Virus record (IMG/VR): IMGVR_UViG_3300020045_016671
Location: 1-27,632 of that record
Length of the DNA stretch: 27,632 bases
Direction: 5' to 3' (one strand)
Source of the DNA: a virus
Lineage: Duplodnaviria > Caudoviricetes
The number at the start of each line of letters is the position of its first letter. The first letter of the stretch is position 1. The position numbers and the translations under genes were made by a program. The notes below the pieces were generated by a model. It searched no databases. It was not told the origin of the DNA and saw only the letters and a program-made list of their open reading frames with translations. This document shows, one piece after another, positions 8,612 to 16,669 of this stretch.

Positions 8612-9106
8612 TCAGATGTCCTCTGAGACAATCCTGTGGACTCTGACGCCTGGTAATTGATGAAACATGATCCGCCGGGAATCGACAGCCCGGCGGATCA
8701 GATCATGGGCAAGACCTGACTCGACGCTGATGGCGTTGACCAGGACAAGACACCACCCTGCGATCGACGCTTCGGAGTACTTCTCATTTCCGGCAGCGAC
8801 ACCCTTGATGGTCTGGTGACCACTGGCGGATCCGGACGTGAAGTTGAGCCCCTCATACTCGATGGCGATCTTCATGGCCGGGATCGCCCAATCAAACCTC
8901 CACTTCCGCTTCTTGTCGAACTGATACTCCTTCTCGACGTCCAGCTTCTGCGACAGGAAGATGAGATCGATCATCTGCTTGTACTTATTGGCATGGGTCT
9001 TCGGTTTGAGCCCGGCGCGTGGTACGGGTACTGACCCGGTATGGGGACAGTGCTGGCAGACCATCGAGTCCTTCCAGGCGCATCCGTTGCATTCTGCTTT
9101 CATCAT
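8612..9106 (-). CDS. PD-(D/E)XK endonuclease (Vsr/DUF559-like) with N-terminal Cys cluster
   Basis: EYQF...RKWRFDWA.P..KIAIEYEG...H...G...KY..A...GW motif; N-terminal CxxC..CxxC; SD GGAGG. Confidence 0.75.
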   Translation of the reverse strand: MMKAECNGCAWKDSMVCQHCPHTGSVPVPRAGLKPKTHANKYKQMIDLIFLSQKLDVEKEYQFDKKRKWRFDWAIPAMKIAIEYEGLNFTSGSASGHQTIKGVAAGNEKYSEASIAGWCLVLVNAISVESGLAHDLIRRAVDSRRIMFHQLPGVRVHRIVSEDI

Positions 9107-9120
9107 TCCTCCCGCACATT

Positions 9121-9157
9121 AAAATGGCCGGGAGCCCCTATCAGAACTCCCGACCAT
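9121..9157 (-). terminator. Intrinsic terminator-like hairpin in the leftward operon
   Basis: Minus strand ATGGTCGGGAGTTCT-GAT-AGGGGCTCCCGGCCAT followed by TTT; the G-U pairs form only on the minus-strand RNA. The U tract is short. Confidence 0.55.
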
Positions 9158-9181
9158 CCACAACATATAGCCCCGGCAGTT

Positions 9182-9529
9182 TCAGACGGCTTTTCTGCCA
9201 ACCAACATTAACCGAAGACTGTTCCTGCACTCCTTGAAATCGAAGTGCTTGACAATGGTGTACGATAACCGCTGCAGTTCATAATACCGCTCACCCATCA
9301 TGGCCACCAGGTAATCGATGAAGGCGGTATCGTCGACGTACTGTGGGACGTGGTGATCGACGCACAGGCCGATGACGGCCTCCGGAAGGAACGCGGTGGC
9401 CAATCGGTCGCGCTTGAATAGATGATGGCCAGAAGACGATCGTGAGAAGCAGGACGGGTATTTACAGAAGACGTCCCGCTTCACCACGATCTGCTGGATG
9501 AGCTTATAGCAATCGTCCTTGGCGCTCAT
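9182..9529 (-). CDS. NinG-like / HNH-type nuclease
   Basis: IV.KRD..C....C......GHH.F.R...AT.F...N/A...LC..HH pattern. Confidence 0.65.
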   Translation of the reverse strand: MSAKDDCYKLIQQIVVKRDVFCKYPSCFSRSSSGHHLFKRDRLATAFLPEAVIGLCVDHHVPQYVDDTAFIDYLVAMMGERYYELQRLSYTIVKHFDFKECRNSLRLMLVGRKAV

Positions 9530-9723
9530 ATGGAAAGGATCTCGATCTTCTGCACAGTCATTGCCACTTCGTCATCGGCGTCAGCAATCCTGTACAGTCC
9601 CTCGCTGGTGGCGATGATAATGACGTCCCGGTAGTTTACGATCCCGAATATCTTCTCCCCTGGAGGAAACGAGTGGAAAAGCTTCAGACCGGTCCTTGTT
9701 TGCACCATTCCTACTTCGTTCAT
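9526..9723 (-). CDS. Hypothetical protein
   Basis: Likely start MNEVG at 9723 after GGAGGGGGAG; ATGA overlap with the downstream gene. Confidence 0.55.
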   Translation of the reverse strand: MNEVGMVQTRTGLKLFHSFPPGEKIFGIVNYRDVIIIATSEGLYRIADADDEVAMTVQKIEILSI

Positions 9724-9725
9724 GC

Positions 9726-10082
9726 TCACTCCCCCTCCTTCTGCTGTTCCCACCACTCCGCTACCCTGACCATCATCCCCTCTATTTCGGAGGGAGAGGA
9801 GAGGCAGAAGAGCCATGCGGTTAATCCGCTATCCATTCTCCAAGAATTAAACTTTTTCGCAAGGAATAACTGAAACTCCTCCCACTCCCCACTCTCCACC
9901 AGCTTGCCATACACTTCTGCAAGGTCTTGGTGGGTGGTGAAGGTGCGGTTCCATTCAGCAAATCTCTTTTTCCATACGTTACAGTTCTTACATTGATTGC
10001 ACTCATTTACAAAAGATTCATGCCAGCACTCCCCAAGCACCTTCTCCGTGATGTAGCGTTTCTCATCGTCAGTCAGGTTCAT
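9726..10082 (-). CDS. Hypothetical protein (Cys/His cluster; resembles small phage ABA-sandwich-like proteins)
   Basis: SD AAGGAG; ITEKVLGECWH...C..C...NRTF; 118 aa. Confidence 0.6.
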   Translation of the reverse strand: MNLTDDEKRYITEKVLGECWHESFVNECNQCKNCNVWKKRFAEWNRTFTTHQDLAEVYGKLVESGEWEEFQLFLAKKFNSWRMDSGLTAWLFCLSSPSEIEGMMVRVAEWWEQQKEGE

Positions 10083-10215
10083 TTGTAGACTCCTTAATTT
10101 TAATCATATTTTTACATAGTAAATTGAAGGCGTCAAAACACTTAACGTGAATACCCCAGAAGTGACGTTGCCAGAAGCGCAAAGGCTTTCCGCAGTAACC
10201 ACAGATTATTGTCAT
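10069..10215 (-). CDS. 48-aa putative Zn-binding protein (not in ORF track)
   Basis: Manual translation MTIICGYCGKPLRFWQRHFWGIHVKCFDAFNLLCKNMIKIKESTNEPD; CxxC...HxxC; ATGA overlap with upstream gene; fills the gap. Confidence 0.55.
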   Translation of the reverse strand: MTIICGYCGKPLRFWQRHFWGIHVKCFDAFNLLCKNMIKIKESTNEPD

Positions 10216-10655
10216 CCCCTATCCTCCAATCCCCACTGGTGAATTAGACATTTGAGGAGGGCGAGTTCGGGTGGCAACTGATGGGAAATATGCTCACACG
10301 ATCCACGTTTGGCTATGGTGATTTCGCCATTGTAACCTGTGAAACATTCCACCTTACTCCAATCCACCATTCCCCACAGTCCTCTCTTTGCGTCGTGAAG
10401 GTCGTGGACTTGGGGGAGGCGGATAGCGACATCAGGGCAACATGGTTCAGGCTTTACCCACGCTCCTAATTTGTGTTCTTGGTCGTACATCTCGGAATCA
10501 AAATAACCTTCTTCAACTATCTTGATTTTGCAGTAGTCTCGATTGTCGCGTGGGCAGTGATACATATCACCATGGCTCCACTCTCCTATCCCCTCCCTAA
10601 TCTCCTTTTGACACAGCTTGCACAGGCGGATGTATTCTTTAAGGTTGGCGTTCAT
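10212..10655 (-). CDS. Hypothetical protein
   Basis: 147 aa; ATGA-coupled; SD GGAG. Confidence 0.65.
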   Translation of the reverse strand: MNANLKEYIRLCKLCQKEIREGIGEWSHGDMYHCPRDNRDYCKIKIVEEGYFDSEMYDQEHKLGAWVKPEPCCPDVAIRLPQVHDLHDAKRGLWGMVDWSKVECFTGYNGEITIAKRGSCEHISHQLPPELALLKCLIHQWGLEDRG

Positions 10656-10858
10656 CTTTTAACTCCTTCCGGTAAATCAGGTAGCCTGTTTAGATACGAA
10701 CTACACTTAAGCACCCTGTCTGAGTCCTTTGTAAAAGCTGTTGCAGGGTCTTTATCTATTCCCCACACTATCTTTTCAGGTGAGCACGTCGGAAACTCGT
10801 TCAAGCATGAATCACACTTATGCTCCCATTCCCACATATTCTGAAGGTTGGCGTTCAT
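10652..10858 (-). CDS. Small Cys-rich hypothetical protein
   Basis: Start MNANLQ at 10858 after GGGAGG (ATGA overlap); CDSC...FPTC...C motif. Confidence 0.6.
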   Translation of the reverse strand: MNANLQNMWEWEHKCDSCLNEFPTCSPEKIVWGIDKDPATAFTKDSDRVLKCSSYLNRLPDLPEGVKR

Positions 10859-11037
10859 GGATTCCTCCCTGCAAGATAGCCAAGAACAAAAGGCGTTGCT
10901 ATAGCTCCGAACATAGATGGAACTGTTGTCCAACTAAAGGTTGAGCATGATGTAGGCTGTCCGATGAACTGTACAGTTGTTCCGAGCATAAACACGATGT
11001 ACGCAATACCAAGTACGAACTCTAAGTTAAACTTCAT
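10855..11037 (-). CDS. Small two-TM membrane protein
   Basis: 60 aa with two hydrophobic segments; ATGA overlaps at both ends; SD AAGGAG. Confidence 0.6.
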   Translation of the reverse strand: MKFNLEFVLGIAYIVFMLGTTVQFIGQPTSCSTFSWTTVPSMFGAIATPFVLGYLAGRNP

Positions 11038-11414
11038 GGCTGCTCCTTTCTCACCCAGATCAGAAGATCAATCAGGGCGTCGGTGGGGTTGTCATTTGCA
11101 TAATCGCAAGATGCTATTCCATCTCTCATATAGGCCACATACGTTTGCTCTCCAATGTCTATCCCTACTATCTTAGACATTTCTAGGTAAGCTCCATATC
11201 GAACTGTATGTTCCTGATCCGGCAACTCCCTCCACACTTCGGCCATTAAAGGAGCGGGGATATACTTAACGTCTGTATCAGGGTGATAATAATCAACAAG
11301 TTTCCACGTTTGATCTATTCTGTTTTGTCTCCAATAGAACTCCGTATCCAACACAATCCCTGCATCGACAAGACGCTTGCTTGCTTCAAGGGTGGCGTAG
11401 TTAAGTGGGTTCAT
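11034..11414 (-). CDS. Hypothetical phage protein
   Basis: Y.TLE.SKRL.DAG......FYW...PAP..AE...ELP pattern common in small phage proteins; ATGA-coupled. Confidence 0.65.
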   Translation of the reverse strand: MNPLNYATLEASKRLVDAGIVLDTEFYWRQNRIDQTWKLVDYYHPDTDVKYIPAPLMAEVWRELPDQEHTVRYGAYLEMSKIVGIDIGEQTYVAYMRDGIASCDYANDNPTDALIDLLIWVRKEQP

Positions 11415-11689
11415 GGTTTCATCCTATACCCATTTACTGTATCCTCAGACTCACAAGCGTTCATCAAAGCAAAAGCTATTTGATGAGAAACCATTTTTAT
11501 TAAGTCCTCTCTGCGCCTGTCTTGTCGCTGTGCTTCAAAGAGAGAAACATGATCAATTTCTCTATCTTTGGGCAATGGTATAAGGGCATCTTCCGCCTGT
11601 CTTCTCCCTATGTCATAACGATAACGCTTTTCCTCTTTAGCCCATGGAAGCCTAACAATCACATCTATTCTCACCAAGTCGTTATCCAT
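11411..11689 (-). CDS. Hypothetical protein
   Basis: 92 aa, coupled to neighbours. Confidence 0.55.
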   Translation of the reverse strand: MDNDLVRIDVIVRLPWAKEEKRYRYDIGRRQAEDALIPLPKDREIDHVSLFEAQRQDRRREDLIKMVSHQIAFALMNACESEDTVNGYRMKP

Positions 11690-12065
11690 CTTCCTTCTCC
11701 TTCCCGACCAGTGCGGCCCCTATTGCGGAAATTAGGTGGCTATCCTCGTTAATTTCGCAAGGTAGCTTTGGTAATGCAGATTGCAGTAAATCACGCAACC
11801 TATCAATCTCCTTCTCCCGCTCGGCAAGTTCGGCCTTCAACCTGACCCTCTCAAGTATAATCTCCTGCGCTGCCTTAATAGACTCGTAATCACCATGAAC
11901 GAATAACTTTCCGTCACCGTTTCCAACTCCCATCGTGCAGGCAGTCATTGCTCGTAACCTGTCCCTCTCATCCTCGATGGCCTGGGCGTCGGAGTAGAGG
12001 ACGTAATCACCATTATCGTCTTCCTCTTCCCTTGAGTAGTATTCGTTAAATCTATATCTCTGCAT
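11682..12065 (-). CDS. Ead/Ea22-like accessory protein with coiled coil
   Basis: Start MQRY at 12065 after GGAGGTG; MQRY...E...GDYVLYSD N-terminus and LKAELAEREKEIDRLR coiled coil. Confidence 0.5.
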   Translation of the reverse strand: MQRYRFNEYYSREEEDDNGDYVLYSDAQAIEDERDRLRAMTACTMGVGNGDGKLFVHGDYESIKAAQEIILERVRLKAELAEREKEIDRLRDLLQSALPKLPCEINEDSHLISAIGAALVGKEKEDG

Positions 12066-12075
12066 CTCACACCTC

Positions 12076-12462
12076 CTACAATACCACCTCATGTGGTGCC
12101 GGTATGTAAAACCCAAGCTCATCTCCAAGGCGTCGGCACTTCGCCATGTAGTCCTCAAATTCCACGGTAGAAAGCTCTGTGGTGCTTCTGATCTTCATAA
12201 GGCCATGACTATCGACCGTGGAGAGGAACCGCTGCCGGAGGGCATCGTGCGCCTCTTCGTTGTCATATCCGGTGAACTCCGCGAAGTACGGCACCACCAC
12301 TCCACGATAGTAGCGATTCTGCGGCATGGACCGGTGCTTGACTTCTTTGGATACTTTTATGTCGACATTACAGTCCCCAAGACTGTGAAGATATTTATAA
12401 AAAGAGATATCCGCCTTGAGGTTCCCGGATTCAGTCTTTCCCTTGAACACTGGAGTGATCAT
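12076..12462 (-). CDS. NinB/DUF1367-like recombination-associated protein
   Basis: RS..QNRYY...EEAH..L...FL...RSTTELS..EF.DY....G..IP.P motif. Confidence 0.7.
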   Translation of the reverse strand: MITPVFKGKTESGNLKADISFYKYLHSLGDCNVDIKVSKEVKHRSMPQNRYYRGVVVPYFAEFTGYDNEEAHDALRQRFLSTVDSHGLMKIRSTTELSTVEFEDYMAKCRRLGDELGFYIPAPHEVVL

Positions 12463-13306
12463 CTGGTACTCCCTTCGCTCTTTTGTGAAAGTAATAATAT
12501 TGCATCAGTTCCCTTCGCTTGAGATCGGTCCATCCAAGCGCCTCTTGGCCTGGTGTTACGATGTTGTGCTGCAGCGCATCGAGGCGATGATACCACATTG
12601 GAAGCGGGTCGATGCTATGTGAACGGATGAACTCGCAACGCGCCCAGGCCTCCTGGGGAGTGTGATCTGGATTATCTTCGAACCCGATCATGGCATAGGA
12701 GCGTATCTTTTTGACGGGGATCTTGGCCTTGCGTAGCGTCTGGACGGCGCGCACCCAATCGTCAGCATAGGACATCGAGTCGAGCGCCAGGTAGACCATG
12801 GGGTTTTTTATCTCCCGGATCCGCCGGGCGTGATACTCATCGAGGATCCTGGTGTCGAGTCCCTGGCTGAAAATTGCAACTCCAAGGAGCGCCAGGCGAT
12901 CTATCATCACGTCGAAGTGTTCCCTTGACGCGGCCAGGGGGTTGTTATCGGTTATGACGGGTAGGTTTGGCCAATCGGAAAGCTCCTGGAACCGTCCCTC
13001 AACGCGAGGGACAGCACAAAACTTGCACCCGCGTATGCATCCTGACGTGGTCTTGGTGGCGCGTGAATTGATCTTCTGGAGAACTCCAGGGTACTCAGTT
13101 CCGATGCTCACGCCGGGGATCCCGGACAGATAATCCGGCATGAGTTGTGCTGCCGGTCCACCGACCACGGCAGAATCATAATATAGGTCACCGTGCATAA
13201 GCTCCTTCCGGAGGTCCGGAAGGTTCCAGGTGAATGGAACGGACACATACAAGGTCCGTTCCACTCCCCAGCGTGTTGGGGCCTTTGGCCACCAGTCACC
13301 CGTCAT
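12431..13306 (-). CDS. Radical SAM protein with remnant B12-binding-like N-terminus
   Basis: TTSGCIRGCKFCAVP (CxxxCxxC), DNNPLA, F.QGLD.R, Y.MIGF; N-terminal LYVSVPFTW...VVGGPA. Confidence 0.85.
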   Translation of the reverse strand: MTGDWWPKAPTRWGVERTLYVSVPFTWNLPDLRKELMHGDLYYDSAVVGGPAAQLMPDYLSGIPGVSIGTEYPGVLQKINSRATKTTSGCIRGCKFCAVPRVEGRFQELSDWPNLPVITDNNPLAASREHFDVMIDRLALLGVAIFSQGLDTRILDEYHARRIREIKNPMVYLALDSMSYADDWVRAVQTLRKAKIPVKKIRSYAMIGFEDNPDHTPQEAWARCEFIRSHSIDPLPMWYHRLDALQHNIVTPGQEALGWTDLKRRELMQYYYFHKRAKGVPDDHSSVQGKD

Positions 13307-13917
13307 TGCAGCTTCCTCAGTTTTTCTGTGACGTGCGCCAGGTCGACGCAGAAGTCATTCAGCGCATCGGCCATCAGTTTGATCCAGGCCTCATCCCTCC
13401 AGACCTCGATGATCAGTGGCGGGAGTCCTTCGTAGGCGGACATGAAGTAGCAGATCTCCCGCTCAGTGACGTAGAGGGACATCTGGCACTGGCCGAAGTA
13501 ATCTGTCGGAAGCTTCCCGGCCAGGAGATAACGGACGTGGGTCTTGATCATGGGGTTCTTCTGCTCCAGGACGCCATTGTCACCCACCAGGCCGTCAGGG
13601 CTGCAGTGGTACTGCTTCCATTCGTCCTTGAAGACGATCGCCACCTTGCGGACCTCGACTCCCTGGACCATTTGAAACAGCTTTCTGGAAGACTCCTCAC
13701 GCTCCGAACCGGCCAGCATGGCCTGTGACTGAAACGTGTCCTCCGCCTTCCCGGCGATAAGCTCTCCGGCCAGGGTGTAGAGGTAATCCTCCCGCTGCTT
13801 GGAAATATCACCCTTGGTGGTGATGATTTTGTCGATGCTGCTGGCACCTGGATTCCCCAGGCGCGCAGCAAACCACTCCGGTGACCGTTGCTCGTATTCA
13901 TCGATGATGATTGCCAT
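13303..13917 (-). CDS. YqaJ/lambda-exonuclease family alkaline exonuclease
   Basis: EQRSPEWFAARLG...AS...AM..G.E.E...CSPDGLV...LE.KNP...Y..Q.Q..LYVT motifs. Confidence 0.9.
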   Translation of the reverse strand: MAIIIDEYEQRSPEWFAARLGNPGASSIDKIITTKGDISKQREDYLYTLAGELIAGKAEDTFQSQAMLAGSEREESSRKLFQMVQGVEVRKVAIVFKDEWKQYHCSPDGLVGDNGVLEQKNPMIKTHVRYLLAGKLPTDYFGQCQMSLYVTEREICYFMSAYEGLPPLIIEVWRDEAWIKLMADALNDFCVDLAHVTEKLRKLQ

Positions 13918-14639
13918 TATTTTTTCGCTCCTTTCGCGGCCTTGATGCTGGACATCGCCGTGTTGAACTTGGAGGAGAGGATCTTCTCGATGGACTCCGC
14001 TCCAATGTAATCCAAAAACTTCACCTGGTCAACCGCTTTCGCCTCAAGACCGGCCTTGATCGTCGCTGCCTGTTCATCGGTGACGTACTCGATATCGGAC
14101 GCCTTCCCGTCATCGTCCATGTCGTTGGTGGCCAGGCCTGTGAGCGCCAGAACCGTGTACCGTTCAAGGTAGCTCACCGTGCTGGCCAGCGCCTGGATGG
14201 AATTCTTCCCGCCGGAATCGTCCGGGAACGCGACCAGGGACGTGCTTTCCGAATGACCCTGGACGTGGGTGATGGTACACGTCACCTTGATACCCTTTTC
14301 CAGCTGCTCCAGGTGCCAGGCAGCGGACAGACCGCACTGGCCAAGCGCCGAATTGATAATCCCGGTGACGTTCCCCAGGCTGGCGTGGTGATAGTCGACC
14401 TTGTTCCCGGCCTTGGTTGTGTACTTGACGTGCCGGTCCTTCTCGATCTCCGGGGGGTTCAGCTTGAACTGGCTCATCGCTGCCGTATAGGCCTTGCGCG
14501 CCTCCTGGGCCTCCCACCGCTGCTGGAGATCCATCAGCTTCTCAAGCCTGTCCAGGTCGGCACCCTTCTCGATCGCCAGGTTCAACAACATCGCGGGGGT
14601 GGTGCTTCCTACTACTGCCACTGCATTCGTATTTTCCAT
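13917..14639 (-). CDS. ERF family single-strand annealing protein
   Basis: LEKLMDLQ.RWEA..ARKAY..AM...Y.HA.L...V.C.ITH..GHSE...D.SG.KN.IQA..ST.SY.ERY...A..G.A...DDDG. Confidence 0.9.
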   Translation of the reverse strand: MENTNAVAVVGSTTPAMLLNLAIEKGADLDRLEKLMDLQQRWEAQEARKAYTAAMSQFKLNPPEIEKDRHVKYTTKAGNKVDYHHASLGNVTGIINSALGQCGLSAAWHLEQLEKGIKVTCTITHVQGHSESTSLVAFPDDSGGKNSIQALASTVSYLERYTVLALTGLATNDMDDDGKASDIEYVTDEQAATIKAGLEAKAVDQVKFLDYIGAESIEKILSSKFNTAMSSIKAAKGAKK

Positions 14640-14640
14640 G

Positions 14641-15738
14641 TTACATTGCCTCCGTTCTGGTTATAAAGGTTTCGACAAGAATGCTCAGTTGCACCCTGTA
14701 ATCCTCCAGGATCTTCTGGTACTCATCGGTCTTGAAAGCCGGAGCGGGACGCTCGACAGACTCTGCCTTCAAGAAATTGATCATCGCCTTCCGGTCGGGC
14801 ATCCTGGCGATCCGGCGCGCTTCCTTCTCCGCTGCCAGGCGCTCTTTCTCCAGGCGCTCATCTTCCGCCTTCTTTGCTGCAGCCTCTGCCGCCAGCCGGG
14901 CCTTCTCTTCTCCCTCCTTCCTCGCGGCCTCCAGTTCTTCGGCGCGCTTCTTGTCTGCGATCTCTTTCAGCCTGGCGTCCTCGATCGCCTTCACCCTGGC
15001 TGCTTCCTCATCGATGATGCGCTGCTTCTCATCTGCGAGGCGTTTCTCCTCTGCCTTGATGGCGTTCTCCCGGTCTACCTGTTCTGCAGCGATCAGGGCA
15101 AGGCGAACCCTCTCTGTCTCCTGCTCCGCGGCGACCTTGGCGATACGGGCCTCCTCTTCCTTCCGCTTCGCATCCTCCTCCTCCTGGAGCTTCCGGTCGG
15201 CAGCGATCATGGTGTTGCAGATAGTCAACTGCTCACTGAACTGCTCATCCGTGAAGGACCTGATCATCACATCCGGGATGGCCTTGAGTCCGGAGGATTT
15301 ACTGTCGAGGATCCAGGTGTGACCGTCGAACCCCAGTTTCATGGCGGCAAGCTGATCCCTGCGCCCCTGGATGCGGATCTCCTCGATGCGCCGCTCCTCT
15401 GCCTTGATCTTCGCCAGTTCGTCCTTGACGGCCTGTTCCTGCGTGTCCAGGTGGGTTTCTCCGACCAGCATCATGTCGATGATGCGCTTCTCTTCGGCGA
15501 TCACGTCCTTCTGGTACTTCACGGCGGACTCGCGCATGGCCTTGCCGTGCTTCATCACCTTATTACGCTGACCGACGTAGACCATCCGGAGGTCGTGGCA
15601 CTCCTTCAAGCCGACCTTGTCCTCGATTCCGTTGACCGTGATGGCCAGCGCCTTCTGGTTCATTTCCGCGATGGCGATGTCCTGGATCCCGATTACGTCG
15701 AACACTTTACCCTGCACCACTTCCAATGCTCCTGTCAT
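14641..15738 (-). CDS. Long coiled-coil protein of the recombination module (DUF1351-like)
   Basis: 365 aa E/K/A/R-rich coiled coil next to ERF; SD GGAGG. Confidence 0.6.
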   Translation of the reverse strand: MTGALEVVQGKVFDVIGIQDIAIAEMNQKALAITVNGIEDKVGLKECHDLRMVYVGQRNKVMKHGKAMRESAVKYQKDVIAEEKRIIDMMLVGETHLDTQEQAVKDELAKIKAEERRIEEIRIQGRRDQLAAMKLGFDGHTWILDSKSSGLKAIPDVMIRSFTDEQFSEQLTICNTMIAADRKLQEEEDAKRKEEEARIAKVAAEQETERVRLALIAAEQVDRENAIKAEEKRLADEKQRIIDEEAARVKAIEDARLKEIADKKRAEELEAARKEGEEKARLAAEAAAKKAEDERLEKERLAAEKEARRIARMPDRKAMINFLKAESVERPAPAFKTDEYQKILEDYRVQLSILVETFITRTEAM

Positions 15739-15899
15739 TTCCCTTCCTCCTTCGTGTTGTTGGGGAGTACCTTCTCAGATACCCACTGTATTGCGGACGC
15801 CAGGTCCGGGAACCACTTCTCGGTGAACGTCCCGAAGGGATCCTCTGGATCTATGACCGCGTGTACATTATACTTCCGCCTTGTGATTGTGATTTCCAT
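15735..15899 (-). CDS. 54-aa hypothetical protein (not in ORF track)
   Basis: SD GGAGGTG; MEITITRRKYNVHAVIDPEDPFGTFTEKWFPDLASAIQWVSEKVLPNNTKEEGK; ATGA overlap with the next gene. Confidence 0.6.
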   Translation of the reverse strand: MEITITRRKYNVHAVIDPEDPFGTFTEKWFPDLASAIQWVSEKVLPNNTKEEGK

Positions 15900-15910
15900 A
15901 ACGCACCTCC

Positions 15911-16276
15911 TCAGTCCGAAGAGTCAACGCTGAATTTGATCTGGCACTTCTCGCACCAATATTCTCCGACGCAGCGACCGGCGGATCTCCACTGAAGATC
16001 ATGCTTCGCTTCCTTGCAGATCCTGTACTCTTCGGGTGGCTGGCCAGGAGCCCATCCATTGACGTACCCAAGTTCCTTGTATCCAGACAGATCTTTCACG
16101 GTGTCCTCCTTTTTGATGTTGTACCAGGTGATGTGGTGGCAAAGCTTGCACGTTCCGCTATGCTCACCGTCACCGTAGGTGTTGCCGATGTTCTTCTCCA
16201 GGTGGACGAGCATCCCGCCGCACTTGAAGCAACGCGCCATGCTGTGGCTGGTGTATGTGGGGAATCTGTTCGTCAT
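15911..16276 (-). CDS. Double Zn-finger-like protein, first gene of the leftward operon; internal in-frame start at 16099
   Basis: ATG at 16276 after GGAGG; CFKC...CKLC and C...H...C...CEKC clusters. Confidence 0.6.
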   Translation of the reverse strand: MTNRFPTYTSHSMARCFKCGGMLVHLEKNIGNTYGDGEHSGTCKLCHHITWYNIKKEDTVKDLSGYKELGYVNGWAPGQPPEEYRICKEAKHDLQWRSAGRCVGEYWCEKCQIKFSVDSSD

Positions 16277-16314
16277 AATGGCCTCCAATTCAGTGCTATC
16301 GTTATGTTGGCTAT

Positions 16315-16343
16315 TTTCTACACCAGTTCAAAAAAAATGTCAA
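16315..16343 (-). promoter_or_regulatory. Leftward sigma70-like promoter
   Basis: Minus strand TTGACA (16343-16338), 17 nt, TAGAAA; AT-rich intergenic region. Confidence 0.55.
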
Positions 16344-16392
16344 GCTTTTTTTTACGGATGACAAGAAAATAATTTGCATAGCAAAATAGTTC

Positions 16393-16421
16393 TTGACATC
16401 GCATAAAAACGAGCGTACGGT
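16393..16421 (+). promoter_or_regulatory. Rightward sigma70-like promoter
   Basis: TTGACA at 16393, 17 nt, TACGGT; upstream of SD AAGGAGG and the HTH gene. Confidence 0.55.
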
Positions 16422-16446
16422 TTTCAAAAACGAAAGGAGGACCACA

Positions 16447-16656
16447 ATGGACGCAAGGGAATTCAATTATGAATCTGTTGGGCTGAAGATAAGACACGCA
16501 ATGTTGGACGCGAAGATATCTCAGAAAGACCTGGCAGACAAGATGGGGATCACCCGGCAGGGACTGTATTTCAAGATCAATACCAATTCCTGGACGGTTG
16601 ATGACGTGCGTAAGGTGGCGGAGATTTTGAACGTGTCTCCACAAAGTTTGATTTGA
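16447..16656 (+). CDS. Cro/XRE-family HTH transcriptional regulator
   Basis: IRHAM....ISQKDLADKMGITRQGLY.KIN...WT......VA..L.VS; SD AAGGAGG before ATG 16447; 69 aa with no peptidase domain. Confidence 0.85.
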   Translation: MDAREFNYESVGLKIRHAMLDAKISQKDLADKMGITRQGLYFKINTNSWTVDDVRKVAEILNVSPQSLI

Positions 16657-16669
16657 ACAGGAGGGTGCG

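Noticed and set aside
13911-15933. 251-aa and 479-aa plus-strand ORFs
   Set aside because: Antisense to ERF and the coiled-coil gene; Leu-rich mirror composition.
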